In this document: positions 52,320 through 64,000 of the stretch, piece by piece
Layout: each line of letters opens with the position of its first letter
Numbering within the stretch: position 1 is the first letter of the stretch
Origin: Leucoraja ocellata
Lineage: Eukaryota
Length of the DNA: 64,000 bases
NCBI GenBank assembly: GCA_036785375.1
Contig: JAWMAR010000030.1
Span: 2,480,001 to 2,544,000 of the forward strand
Reading direction: 5' to 3'
Notes under the pieces: generated by a model
Told to the model about the DNA's origin: nothing
What the model saw: only the letters and a program-made list of their open reading frames with translations
Databases searched by the model: none
Translations under genes and position numbers: made by a program

Positions 52320-53062
52320 ATTTGAGTTTAGGAGCAAGGAGGTCCTTCTGCAGTTGTACAGGGCCCCGGTGAGACCACACCTGGTCTCCTAATCTGAGGA
52401 AGGACATTATTACTATTGAGGGAGTGCAACGTAGGTTCACAAGGTTAATTCTCGGGATGGCGGGAATGACATATGATGAAAGAATGGGTCGAATTGGGAA
52501 TTAGAAGGATGAGCGGGTATCTTATAGAAACATATAAAATTCTTAAGGGATTGGACAGGCTAGATGCAGGAAAAATGTTCCCCATGTTGAAGGAGTCCAG
52601 AACCAGGGGTCACAGTTTAAGAATAAGGGGTAGGCCATTTAGGACTGAGATGAGGAAAATCCTTTTCACCCAGAGAGTAGTGAATCTGTGGAATTCACTG
52701 CCACAGAAGGCAGTGTATGTCAAATAATTTGATGTTTTCAAGAGAGTTAGATTTAACTCTCGAGAGTTAGATTTAACTCTCTAAGTGTCTGAAGAAGAGT
52801 TTTGGCCCGAAACGTCGCCTATTTCCTTCGCTCCATAGATGCTGCCGCACCCGCTGAGTTTCTCCAGCATTTTTGTCTACCTTCGATTTTCCAGCATCTG
52901 CAGTTCCTTCTTGAACAACGTTAGATTTAGCTCGTAGGGCTAACGGAATTAAGGGATATGGGAGAAAAGCACGAATTTTGGATGGCCAGCCATGATCATA
53001 TCAAATGGCGGTGCTGGCTCGAAGGGCCGAATGGCCTACTCCACCTATTTTCTGTTTCTATG
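52320..53062 (+). mobile_element. CR1-like LINE 3' fragment with a nested Penelope terminus (about 52785-52918)
   Basis: YLIETYKILKGLDRLDAGKMFP..RTRGHSL. The insert is flanked by a repeated gttagattta. Confidence 0.85.
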
Positions 53063-53549
53063 ACTTCAATCCTGCAAGACCTTCATCAACAACAGGCCCA
53101 CATCAATAAGAAAGACTCCTAATTGACCTTGCTAGTTTAGCCAGGGTGAACATTAACTTATTATATGACCCTGGCAATAATATGTTCCATGAGAGTATTA
53201 AGAGTGCTCTGGTACTTTTGAAAATCGAACCTGTGTAAAATTAGTGTAAATTTGGAAAAGCAAAGTTGCATTGCTCAGTGCACTTTGGGATATCCCAGAG
53301 CACTTTGAAGGTAATTAAATACTTTTGAGATGCAGAGACTCGTACAGCCTGAATTACAGCAGGATGTTTGCAGACCAGCAAGCTCCTACACTGAACAACA
53401 TGGCAATGACCAGACTGTCTGTATTCAGTACATTAATTTTGAGATAAATGCTGACTGGGATAACCAGAATTTAAAAAAAAACAAAACCCTGCAGATGCTG
53501 ATTAATCTGAAACAAAAACAGAAATGCTGGAAGTACTCGGTAGATCTTC

Positions 53550-54252
53550 CAGGTGAGACAGAGGTTCACGTGCACCTCATCTACTGCATCTCCGGTGTTC
53601 CAGATGTGTCCTCCTCCACATCAGCGTGACCATTTTCTGAACATCAGCATCGCGAAGGCAAAGGTTTCCGGATCTCCCAGTTGCTGATCATTTTAACACC
53701 TCTTCCCATTCCCACACTGACCTTTCTGTCCTGGGCCTCCTCCATTGCCAGAGTGAGGCCACTTGCAAATTGGAGGAACAGCACCTCATATTCCACATGG
53801 ATAGCTTATAACTGAACACTGAATTGTCCAATTTTAGGTAATTACAACCCCCCCCTCATTCCATTCTTTTCTCATCTCCCCAGGGCCCCTCCTGTACTTG
53901 CATCTATTTCTCCCTTCCCCCTTTCTTCCCACCTACTTCCTTTCCTCTCAATTCACAACTCTTCAAATCTTTTGTTTCACACCTTCTATCTTTTCAGCTC
54001 TGCCCTTTGTCCAACCACCTGGCTAACAAATAACCCCCTCACCTGTATCAACCTGCCTGCCTGCCTGCCAACATTTGTCTTACCTCTCCACTCTTCCAAC
54101 TTTCTTCTCCCCCCCCACCCCTCCTCCCCCTTATCTGAAGAAGAGTCCCATCCCAAAACAACACCTACCCATGTTCTCCAGAGCTGCTGCCTTTACCATT
54201 CATTTACTCCAGCACTTTGACTTTTATTTTGGAAACCAGTATCTGCAGTTCA
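53550..54252 (+). mobile_element. Second, older Penelope GIY-YIG fragment and terminus
   Basis: Paralogous to 47670-48197 (caggtgagacagaggttcac..ctgggcctcctccattgccagagtgaggcc..ttggaggaacagcacctcatatt). Confidence 0.8.
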
Positions 54253-56464
54253 TTGTTTTTTTCCCAAGAACAGAAATGTTTCAGAATATGGAAGTGTCTT
54301 AGCCCAAATCCAGCTGTCCTCTCAGACAGTGGAAGATACAGGAATTGCAGATGCTGCAATCTTGCATGGGCTCTGCAGGTCAGGCAGTATCTCTGGAGGA
54401 CGGGGTTTAGACAAACCCTACTTCAAAAACCCACACGGTCACAGGGAGGACATGCAAACTCTGCAGAGAGAGCACCAGAGGCCAAGATGGGAACCAGAGT
54501 CACTGAAGCGGTACTGCCAAATGAAGCTTCACCTTTCTGAGTCACAGAGTCATACAGCCCTTCGGTCCTAATACGGAAACAGGCCCTTCAACCCAACCCA
54601 TCCATGCCGACCAAGATGCCCTGCTTAAGCTGGTGCCATTTGCCTGTGTTTTGCCTTTATCCCTCCAAACCCTTCCTATCTAAGTATCTGTCCAAGTGCG
54701 TTTCAAATGTTATTATACTATCTGCCTCTACTACCTGCTCTGGCATCTTGATCCACATACCCACCGCTCTCTGAGTGAGACCAGCCGTTTAGAAAGCTTC
54801 GAGAAGAGAGGCGGTTGACTCATGTAGTTGTAATGTGGCAAACACAGCAGCCAATTTGTGTGATGCCAACCAGCCAACTTTTAATAAAAAGGATAAATAT
54901 TAGCCAAGATATTGGAGAAGAACTTCCTGTTCTTTTTTTTTTAATGGTGTTGTGGTGAGGGTATGTAACTCAATTAGTGTTTTATCCAAATGAGTTCACC
55001 CCCTGCTATGTAGTATTTCTTCGGTAATGCAGTGGGAACAACGGACTGGATTTTGTGATGTGGGTCCCTGGAATAGGAATCAACTCCATCGTGTGTCTCG
55101 GTCACTTGAGTGGCTACCAGATGATAACGCTGCTGAGGACCTGAAATGGTCTTCAGTTTCTGACGTGCTGAGGGATATATTCCTTCAGACAGCACAGGGA
55201 TATGGAAAGATGCATTAAATATCTACAATCTCTCGGATGGGAAATATATTCCCAGCAACTCTGCCATTAGTGAGCATTTAATGATTATTTAATGAAATCA
55301 TTAAAGGTTTTAGACTACAGTTTCTCTCTGGCTTTTAGGCAGCTTCTATGTTTAGTGTAATGCTTTTTGGACCAGCAACAGTCCAACTTGGCTACAGACG
55401 GAGAGCTAATGTGCTTTAGGAAAATACACTGCGGTGATAGACTATCCAGGGGAGTTTAATAACAAGTCTGTGACCCTACAGTGCCTTTCAGCCACTTAAT
55501 AGGCATGAAAATGGGTTGGGGAAAAACTGACCATGGACAAAGAACGAGGTGTTAAGACTAACAATTTGGTCAGGAGGATTGGTTGCAAGTAGTAAGGAGA
55601 AAGATGGAGAGATTTAGCTCAAGATTCCAGCATCTGCAGTTCTGTGTATCTCACTGAAAGATATAGTTACTGGACCAGGTCCATAGCAGGTAGTCAGCAT
55701 CAGGGATAAACCTGCCTTCACCTTGTCTTCAGGCTGACTGCCTGTGGTAGTGACAGGTGTCCATCACAGTGTTGATGGAAGTAAACACAAAATAAATGTC
55801 TCTGGCAAGAGATGCTGCCTGTCCTGCTGAGTTACTCCAGCTTTTTGTGTCTATCTTCGGTTTAAACCAGCATCTGTAGTTCCTCCCTACACAAAGTAAT
55901 GGGTAAACACCCCCCCCCCCCCCCCCCCCCCCCCTCCCCCTCCTTTCTATTGCATTCAATTCTTGTGGGAAGAAACAACATTTTGTTAGCGTTCCTAATG
56001 ACCTCGGGCTCTGCAGCGGTGAAGCAGGTAGTGCCGCTGCATCACAGCTCCAGTGACTGGGGTTGAACCCTGACCTCCGCTGGTGTCTGTGTGCATTTAG
56101 CAAGTTCTCCCTGTGACTCCATGGGTTCCTCTCACATCCTAAAGGCATGCAAGGTTCAATGGGTCAATGATGCCAAGTGCTAACACAGTGAAATTCATCT
56201 TCTTACAAAGAGCCCAAGAGAGTAATGCCACACTGTGTTGAAATACCGTTGCAATTGGTTCGACAATTCCCCCCACAATATAATGTAGATGTTGAGAAAA
56301 TCAGGGGGGGGGGGGGGATGGGGGGGGGGTTAATGAGCATTTGAGAGGGAAAATGCTACATGGAAATAAGTAGAGAAGGAGGAATGTTGAGATTGCTCGG
56401 AGAGCTGGCATGTTCTCAATGGGCTGAATGGCCTCCTCTATCGGAAATACGAAACCGTGTACTT

Positions 56465-56782
56465 TTAGTTTAGAGATACAGCTCGGAAACAGGCCCTTCA
56501 GCCCACTGAGTCCGCACCAGCCAGCGATCCCCGCACATTAACACAAGCCTACACACACACACACACACACTAGGGACAATTTTACATTTATACCAAGCCA
56601 ATTAACCTACAAACCTGTACGTCTTTGGAGCGTGGGAGGAAACCGAAGATCTCGGAGAAAACCCACGCAGGTCATGGGGAGAAGGTACAAACTCCGTACA
56701 GACAAGCACCCATAGTCAGGATCGAACCCGTGTCTCTGGCGCTGTAAGGTAGCAGCTCTACCGCCATGCCACCGTGCCACCC
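56465..56782 (-). mobile_element. Full-length V-SINE with internal (CA)n
   Basis: Near-consensus copy on the minus strand. Confidence 0.85.
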
Positions 56783-57331
56783 TATGTACACTAGTCTTTA
56801 TTGAATCATGTACTTGGATACCCAGGTCACTCCGTACCTCAGTCCTCTCTGTTCTCTCACCATGTGTTTTATTTTCCCTGCTGTAATGTACAATGTCACA
56901 TTCACCATATTACGCTCCATTCGCCGCATCTTAGCTCAGTTACTTAACCAATCTGCGTATCTTGGTAGCTTCGTTACAACAACTTGACATCTTACTTGCC
57001 AGTGACCTGATGAACCAGACTTGTGTAATCTACTCCAGCATTTTCTCCCGGGTTGGATCTCAACAGCCGCGTGTAATACTGACAACTCCCGGCTCACCCC
57101 TGGGGTATTGGCAATTCCCTTTACGCACCAGTGGTTTCACTGCAAAACAAGGCTGACCTTAAGAACTGCTCACTCCCTCAGGGGGGTTTCACCATGACTT
57201 GAAGCATCACATAGAAAAAGTGTGGTAAAATTGTCCGTGGGGTAAAGCGCTCTGTCCCTTGCAGCAACGCAGTGACACTCAGAGGTATAAAACAACACGA
57301 GGAAAGTGAGAATGAAAAGCTCAGAGCGTAA

Positions 57332-57843
57332 GCCATAGAGGGAGTACAGAGAAGGTTCACCAGACTGATTCCTGGGATGTCAGGACTTTCATATGAAGAA
57401 AGACTGGATAGACTCGGCTTGTACTCGCTAGAATTTAGAAGATTGAGGGGGGATCTTATAGAAACTTACAAAATTCTTAAGGGGTTGGACAGGCTAGATG
57501 CAGGAAGATTATTCCCGATGTTGGGGAAGTCCAGAACAAGGGGTCACAGTTTAAGATTAAGGGGGAAGTCTTTTAGGACCGAGATGAGGAAAACATTTTC
57601 CACACGGAGAGTGGTGAATCTCTGGAATTATCTGCCAGAGAAGTTGGTTGAGGCCTGTTCATTGGCTATATTTAAGAGGGAGTTAGATGTGGCCCTTGTG
57701 GCTAAAGGGATCAGGGGGTATGGAGAGAAGGCAGGTACGGGATACTGAGTTGAATGATCAGCCATGATCATATTGAATGGCGAATGGTGCAGGCTCGAAG
57801 GGCCGAATGGCCTCTACTCCTGCACCTATTTTCTATGTTTCTA
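57332..57843 (+). mobile_element. Young CR1-like LINE 3' end
   Basis: Open ORF2 C-terminus, highly similar to 16990-17500. Confidence 0.9.
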
Positions 57844-58575
57844 AGACAAATCTATAAAGAAGCTTAGGTGCAACTTATTGAGGGTGGTGAAAATGTGGAA
57901 ACCATTATCATGTGAGATGTGTGCATCGGTGCGTTTGAAGGGGCAGTACATGAGAGGGAGACGGAATGACTGTCCTCCTGATTACTTTTTATCTTTGTAA
58001 GCCTCATTGTCACCTTCCCCTGGCTAACAATGATCTATTCTACGTTTTCCTTGTCCTCCTCCTTTGATCTCTCGCTTTCACACCTTACCCTTCCATATCT
58101 CTGCGTCTCCCTCTCCCTTGACTCTCAGTCTGAGAAGGGCCTCGACCCGAAAGATTACCCATTCCTTCTCTCCAGAGATGCTGCTGCCTGTCCCACTGAG
58201 TTATTCCAGCGTAATGTGTCTACCTTTATATAAAATGCCAGAGCAGGTAGAGTCGTATGGAGCTCTGTCATTGGTATGGGTTAGATGGGCTGAAAGGTCT
58301 GTTTCTGTGTCAGAAAACAACGCAGCGCTGTCTTGTTAATGGGAGCGATTGGGGAGGTCGGGGGGGGGGGGGGCCTTGTGCATCCACAGTCACAGAATTT
58401 CTACTGGCTGAGAACCTTTGTCAGTGGCTGCTTTGTATCCAGTTAACGAAGGTCTTAGAATGAGGACCGCAAAACTTGGTGTTCCTCAAAGGACCTTGGC
58501 TCCACCCCCAACCCATGATATAGTAGCGTCTTCAGTCAACCCAGAGAATGTTGAGCCAGGCAGGGATATGATTAG

Positions 58576-58764
58576 GTTACACAGAAAAGCTGGAGGAAAC
58601 TCAGCGGGTGCAGCAGCATCTATGGAGCGAAGGAAATAGGCAACGTTTCGGGCCGAAACGTTGCCTATTTCCTTCGCTCCATAGATGCTGCTGCACCCGC
58701 TGAGTTTCTCCAGCTTTTCTGTGTAACCTTCGATTCTCCAGCATCTGCAGTTCCCTCTTAAACA
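58576..58764. mobile_element. Penelope-derived hairpin with 15-bp TSD
   Basis: Near-perfect palindrome. CAGGGATATGATTAG at both 58561-58575 and 58765-58779. Confidence 0.85.
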
Positions 58765-58857
58765 CAGGGATATGATTAGTATTTATCCCTGGGGCAATAG
58801 GTGATCTGGTTAGCAAGGTGAGGTATACACGTGACATGATTAACCCAAGCTAAACCT

Positions 58858-58871
58858 GTTGCTATGGCAAC
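58858..58871. promoter_or_regulatory. RFX X-box-like palindrome
   Basis: GTTGCTATGGCAAC matches the RFX consensus GTTGCCATGGCAAC with one substitution. Confidence 0.4.
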
Positions 58872-59097
58872 GTGTGTTGACCTCTGGAGCTCGATAGGCT
58901 TTTGATTAGTAAGGGTGTCAAAAGGTTATGGGGAGAGACAGGAGAATGGGGTTGGTGAGGGGGAAATAGATTCACCAAGTATGAATGGCAGAGCAGACTC
59001 AATGGGCCAAATTGGCCTAATTCTGTTCCAAATGTCACTTGATATTATATGTAAGATGAACTACAGCATGTCTGGGAAAAATCGAAGGGCTTAGACA

Positions 59098-59297
59098 NNN
59101 NNNNNNNNNNNNNNNNNNNNNNNNNNNNNNNNNNNNNNNNNNNNNNNNNNNNNNNNNNNNNNNNNNNNNNNNNNNNNNNNNNNNNNNNNNNNNNNNNNNN
59201 NNNNNNNNNNNNNNNNNNNNNNNNNNNNNNNNNNNNNNNNNNNNNNNNNNNNNNNNNNNNNNNNNNNNNNNNNNNNNNNNNNNNNNNNNNNNNNNNN
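59098..59297. other. Assembly gap (200 N)
   Basis: Run of N. Confidence 1.
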
Positions 59298-59832
59298 GGG
59301 GGGGGGGGGAAATCAGCAACTTGTTGTTTGGTCCCTCCACATTTTCCAAAAAACACATAGTCACAGAAACTGGCCAGTCACCCCAACTTGACCATGTTGA
59401 CCAAGATGCCACATTTTCACCAGTTGCACCCGCCCACATTTAGCCCATATCCTTCTAAACCTTTCCTATCCGCGTTCCAAAGATGCTGCCTGTCCCGCTG
59501 AGTTACTGATATTTTTCTATGTTATATTCCATGTCTTTAGCCATTCATCTAGGGTGGGAGATTGCAACCTTCACGTGGTCCGCCCTGTTTCGACTAATGC
59601 AATCAACCCGGCGTGCACAATCAAACAAGATCAAATAGAACAAGTTGTCCTAGGTTGTGTACGCCATATGCCAGAAGAAGAAGCCATTCATCTAACCTTG
59701 CTGATGCCTTTCCACATCTTTCTCAATATCCGCATTGCCTCCCAGCACTCTTATCATTAATAAGCCTAGAAAAATTTGCATTTGATCCCTTCTAACAAAT
59801 TCATGATGAGAGCTCATGAACAGAGGAATGGA

Positions 59833-60131
59833 GGTCAAGGTTTAAGAATAAGGGGTAGGCGATTTAGAACTGAGATGAGGAAAAACGTTTTCACCCAGAG
59901 AGTTGTAAACCGATGGAATTCTCTGCCACAGAAGGTGGTGGAGACTAATTCACTGGATGTTTAATTATAGAGTTAGATTTACCTCGAAAGGAATCAAGGG
60001 ATATGGGGGAAAAAAGCAGGGACGGGTACTGATTTGGGATGATCAGCCATGATCATATTGAATGGCGGTGCTGGCTCGAAGGACCGAATGGCCTACTCCT
60101 GTACCTATTTTCTATGTTTTTACGTTTCTAT
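59833..60131 (+). mobile_element. CR1-like LINE 3' end
   Basis: LRIRGRRFRTEMRKNVFTQRVVNRWNSLP followed by 3'UTR. Confidence 0.8.
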
Positions 60132-61313
60132 GTGGTGAGCTCCAGCACTCATCACTGCAGGAAGACATTGCTTTTAACAGAGATTACCAAGACAAGGCCA
60201 CATGATGGGGTTGGGGCTGGAAACAAGGATAAGGCTTGAAATTCTAAGAACAGCTTCACCTGTTAGATTTAAAACAATATATAAAAGCTACCTTCCTGAT
60301 TGAACCTTATGGTTGCTTGTGTGAAAATATTGCTACGCTTAAAATTAAATTGTATTTGCCACCGAGGAATATTCTGTACTCCCAGTCAATTGCTTCATGC
60401 AGCTTTGAACTTGAAAGCACATTACTAAATCATTTTTAAATGCAATCGCTCACCTTGGATCTGCTTGCTCCTCGGACAATCACGCGAGTTAACATTACAA
60501 TCATGCACTGCAAGACACCTCTTAAATCTCTAGCCTCCTGCAGTGACAATGCAGCGTTGGTTAACAAGCCAACTCCCCGATATGTTACAAAAACACACTT
60601 AATGAAAGGGTTCGCGCAAGAATTAATCAGAACATATTTTATTAAAAAAAAACAAATTAAGTGGAAGGTCAGGCTTAAGGGATGAAGTGGATAAGCACTT
60701 GTTTCCTTTCGTGCCAGGTACAGTGGGCCAAATAATTGTCCACCCATTCAATACTATTTAAGTTCTAAAATCCTCTAGTTTATGCTCAGCCTTCGGGGAT
60801 CCTTTTCGGAGGTCCGTAGGATCATAGCAATTCTGGTGCACGACTTGTGCTTTGTTACAAAGCAAATTAGTTTGTCTGAAGATAATTGAGGTCACTAATG
60901 GGGTTGCATCAGCTGAGACATTCAACCAAGGCCTCTGCTGCCAATGTACAATATTGGCTGCCACACGCAACAAATCTGGATGCCATTCAGACATCAGGCT
61001 GGTAGCATGAATGGGACATAAAGACCAACTTGAATAATTGAGCTGAACCACTTCCCTGTGATATTTTATAACGTTACCCGAATGCCCAACCATCGATATC
61101 CTGGTTTCACAGCTGACCAGATCAATAGCTGACCTGGTCACAGCTGACCAGATCGGCTCGAAGGGCCGAATGGCCTACTCCTGCACCTATTTTCTACGTT
61201 TCTATGTTTCTAATACTGTGGCTGCAAATAAGGATCTGAGGCAGTGTATCCTGTAGTAAATAAACTCGCCTTCTGACACCTGAAAGCCTTCCCTGCATTC
61301 ACAAGATACATGT

Positions 61314-61496
61314 TCAAGAAGGAACTGCAGATGCTGGAAAATCGAAGGTAGACAAAATTGCTGTAGAAACTCAGCGGGTGCGGCAGCATCTATGGAGCGA
61401 AGGAAATAGGCAACGTTTCGGAACGAAACCGTTGCCTATTTCCTTCGCTCCATAGATGCTGCCGCACCTGCTGAGTTTCTCCAGTAATTTTGTGTA
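61314..61496. mobile_element. Penelope-derived hairpin with 18-bp TSD
   Basis: CATTCACAAG(A/C)TACATGT at both 61296-61313 and 61497-61514. Confidence 0.85.
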
Positions 61497-62992
61497 CATT
61501 CACAAGCTACATGTCAGGAGCACGACAAATCTACTTATCTATTTTATCTTAAAGTAACTTAATAATCACATTTAGCTGTGGAATCCACCAAGAACACAAT
61601 GCAGCAATAATCTTGGTTGTTCCTTCCAGCCTTGAAGCAAAGGCTCTAATTTTAAAGATAATACTTGAATTTGAACTAAAAACTGAAAGAGGGTTGAAGA
61701 AGGGTCTCGACCAGAAACGTCGCCTATTCCTTTTCTCCAGAGAAGCTGTCTGAACTGCTGAGGTACTCCAGCTTTTTGTGTCTCTCTTCGGTTTAAACCA
61801 GCACCTGCAGTTCCTTCCCGCACTGAGAGATGGTTTATGTGTTCCAACAATTATTTGGATCGTCAAATGTTAAAGTAACAACTTTCCCAGCCAGAATGAT
61901 GTCGATTTTTTTTTCATTCCATAATACATCGATGCAGTGTATCTGAGCTACAGAGCCCGAGTTCACAACTCGTGGATTCTTGAAGGAAGTGCTTGCACCC
62001 TCACTCAACCAACAGGTAAAATTGTGCTTTGAATTTAAAGTATTTTCCTGGTTTCAAGCCGCCAACCCTTGCCTTGCTTTAGTAATCTCTATTAAATGTC
62101 CCTGAACTTCCTGCAGTGATCATGTTCATACATTCAGAAGTGATAGGAGCAGAATTAGCCCATTCGGCCCATCAAGTCTACTCCGCCATTCAATCATGGC
62201 TGATCTATCTATCCCTCTTCTGCCATCTCCCCATGTCCCCTGACACCCTCACTGATCAAACCGTACTGATCAGTACTGGAGTCCAGTACACCACTATTTT
62301 CCTTCATGTAACTGGAGTTCAACTCATGAAGAAGAGCCTCGACCAGAAACGTCGCCCATTCATTCTCTCCAGAGATGCTGCCTCACCCGCTGAGTTACTC
62401 CAGCTTTTTGTGTCTACCTAGGCTTCAGCTCAGCTCTATGACTGCAGTAAGCAGCAGCATCAACTAAAGCTCGTTGATTGAGCCGGTCTAAACTGTTCTA
62501 AAAGGCAGCAGGCTATAAAAGGTTTAAAGTTGGATTACATGAACAAACTAGGGGAATTGAAAATTGAAAGGAATGCTTTCGTCATGTAATTTGCTCCATA
62601 ATCTGTTTTATTTAACAGGATTAGAGCATCTGGGAACCTAAAGACTTGGATGATAGTCCACTGACAACAGACTATTTGGAGTCAGTTAACAATGAGCACA
62701 CAGACGGGGTAAAAATTCACTACTGAATGGAGTTCCCTTTCCCATTTTGTATGGGGAATATGAGGCTGTAAATAAGCTGCAATGCAATCATTAATATCAT
62801 GGCCCATTCTTGTAAACAACCTTCACACATTGATAGGAAGGGTTTTAGTTCCTCTGTTTGAGAGATCGCAACTAATATAACGCAACTCCCCACAAACCTA
62901 CTTTTCCTTCGCATCGTACTTTTTTTTTGTGAACAAAAATCTAGAATTTAAAATTAACATCTAACCAAGCATAAAATTAGCCATTCGCCTGT

Positions 62993-63912
62993 GGGTGGCA
63001 CCGTGGTGTAGATGTAGAGTTGCTCCCTTACAGCGTATTCAGCACCAGGGATCCGGGTTTGATCCTGACTACGGGTGCTGTCTGTACAGAGTTTGTACAT
63101 TCTCTCCGTGACCATGTGGGTTTTCTCCGAGATATCCGGTTTCCTCCCACACTCCCACAGGTGGTGCCAGCAATGGCTGCCTCGCCAACAGTCTGTCTGT
63201 CATTTCCCTCTTTTGTTTTAATTTTTTCCGTATCGTATCTCAGTCCGCACTGCGGCCTAACATCGAGGAGTTGGCGGCCTTTGTTGGTGATCGATTTAGA
63301 GAGCTTCACTGCGGTCGCCTGTGGACTTACCATCACGGAGCACGCTATCCCTTTGCCAGAGGTTGACCTCGGAGCTCCAACCGTGGATGCGTGCGCACGT
63401 TAACATCACGGAGCCCGCGGTCTCTGGTCAGCAACTTTGGGAATTCCAAGCCGTGGGAGTTTCGACCGCCGCAACGTGGGAGTTTCGATCTTTCCGACGC
63501 GGGGGCTTCGACCGCAGGCTGCAGGAGCTTCGATTGCCTCGATGGATGGTTCGTCTGCCCGACCACGGGAGAATAAAGAGGAAGAAGATTGGACTTTCTT
63601 GCCTTCCATCACAATGAGGAATGTTGGGAATCCACTGTGATGGATGTTTACGTTAACTTTTATGTAGTTGTGTGTCTTGTTGCTTTTTTTTCCCGTATGG
63701 TCATTCACATATCACTGTACCTTAATTGGTACATGCGACATTAAAAGACCTTTGAAACTCCAAAGACGTACAGGTTTGTAGGTTAAATGACTTGGTATAA
63801 GTGTAAATTGTCCCCAGTGTGTATAGGATAGTGTTGGTGAGCAGGGATTGCTGGTCGGTGGGACTGAACAGGTCAAAGGGCCTGTTTCCGTGCTGCATCT
63901 CAAAACTAAACT
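62993..63912 (+). mobile_element. V-SINE split by an approximately 600-bp unclassified insertion (about 63160-63755)
   Basis: The SINE breaks at cctcccacactcc and resumes at actccaaagacgtacagg. Confidence 0.75.
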
Positions 63913-64000
63913 AGTCATCTCCAATTTCTATCCATCCCTGCAAGTAGAAGTATTTCCCAACTGCATTGATTCCATTAATCAATAAAAATAGCTATTCACT

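Noticed and set aside
55909-56330. Poly-C/poly-G runs as G-quadruplex elements
   Set aside because: Simple homopolymers, common throughout the window and prone to sequencing error.
62600-62715. tttaacAG acceptor as the next SPOCK2 exon
   Set aside because: It gives an early stop in the required phase and has no similarity to ALDxxKDPC.

Overview
Eukaryotic, repeat-rich vertebrate DNA. The repeat content (V-SINE/HE1-like SINEs, CR1/HER1-like LINEs, SacSINE1-like remnants) suggests a cartilaginous fish, probably a skate or ray. Two genes lie on the + strand. The first is the last coding exon of ASCC1 (476-592, with the second HxS motif of its 2H phosphoesterase domain). The second is the 5' part of a testican gene, most likely SPOCK2 by sequence and by ASCC1 adjacency, seen as three exons: 20752-20931, a 9-nt 'EVE' microexon at 38509-38517, and 46477-46522. 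The next SPOCK2 exon was not found in the window. Most other ORFs in the track are transposon fragments or noise. The most striking non-gene signal is a very abundant Penelope-like retroelement terminus that carries a minimal hammerhead-ribozyme-like core (CTGAAGA-stem II-GAAACGTY). It occurs as GIY-YIG-bearing fragments, as single-arm inserts starting at the core, and as fold-back hairpins with 15-18 bp target-site duplications. Also present are MITEs, two local duplications of apparently unique sequence, a 19-bp minisatellite and two assembly gaps. All family assignments are from recall, not from database searches.
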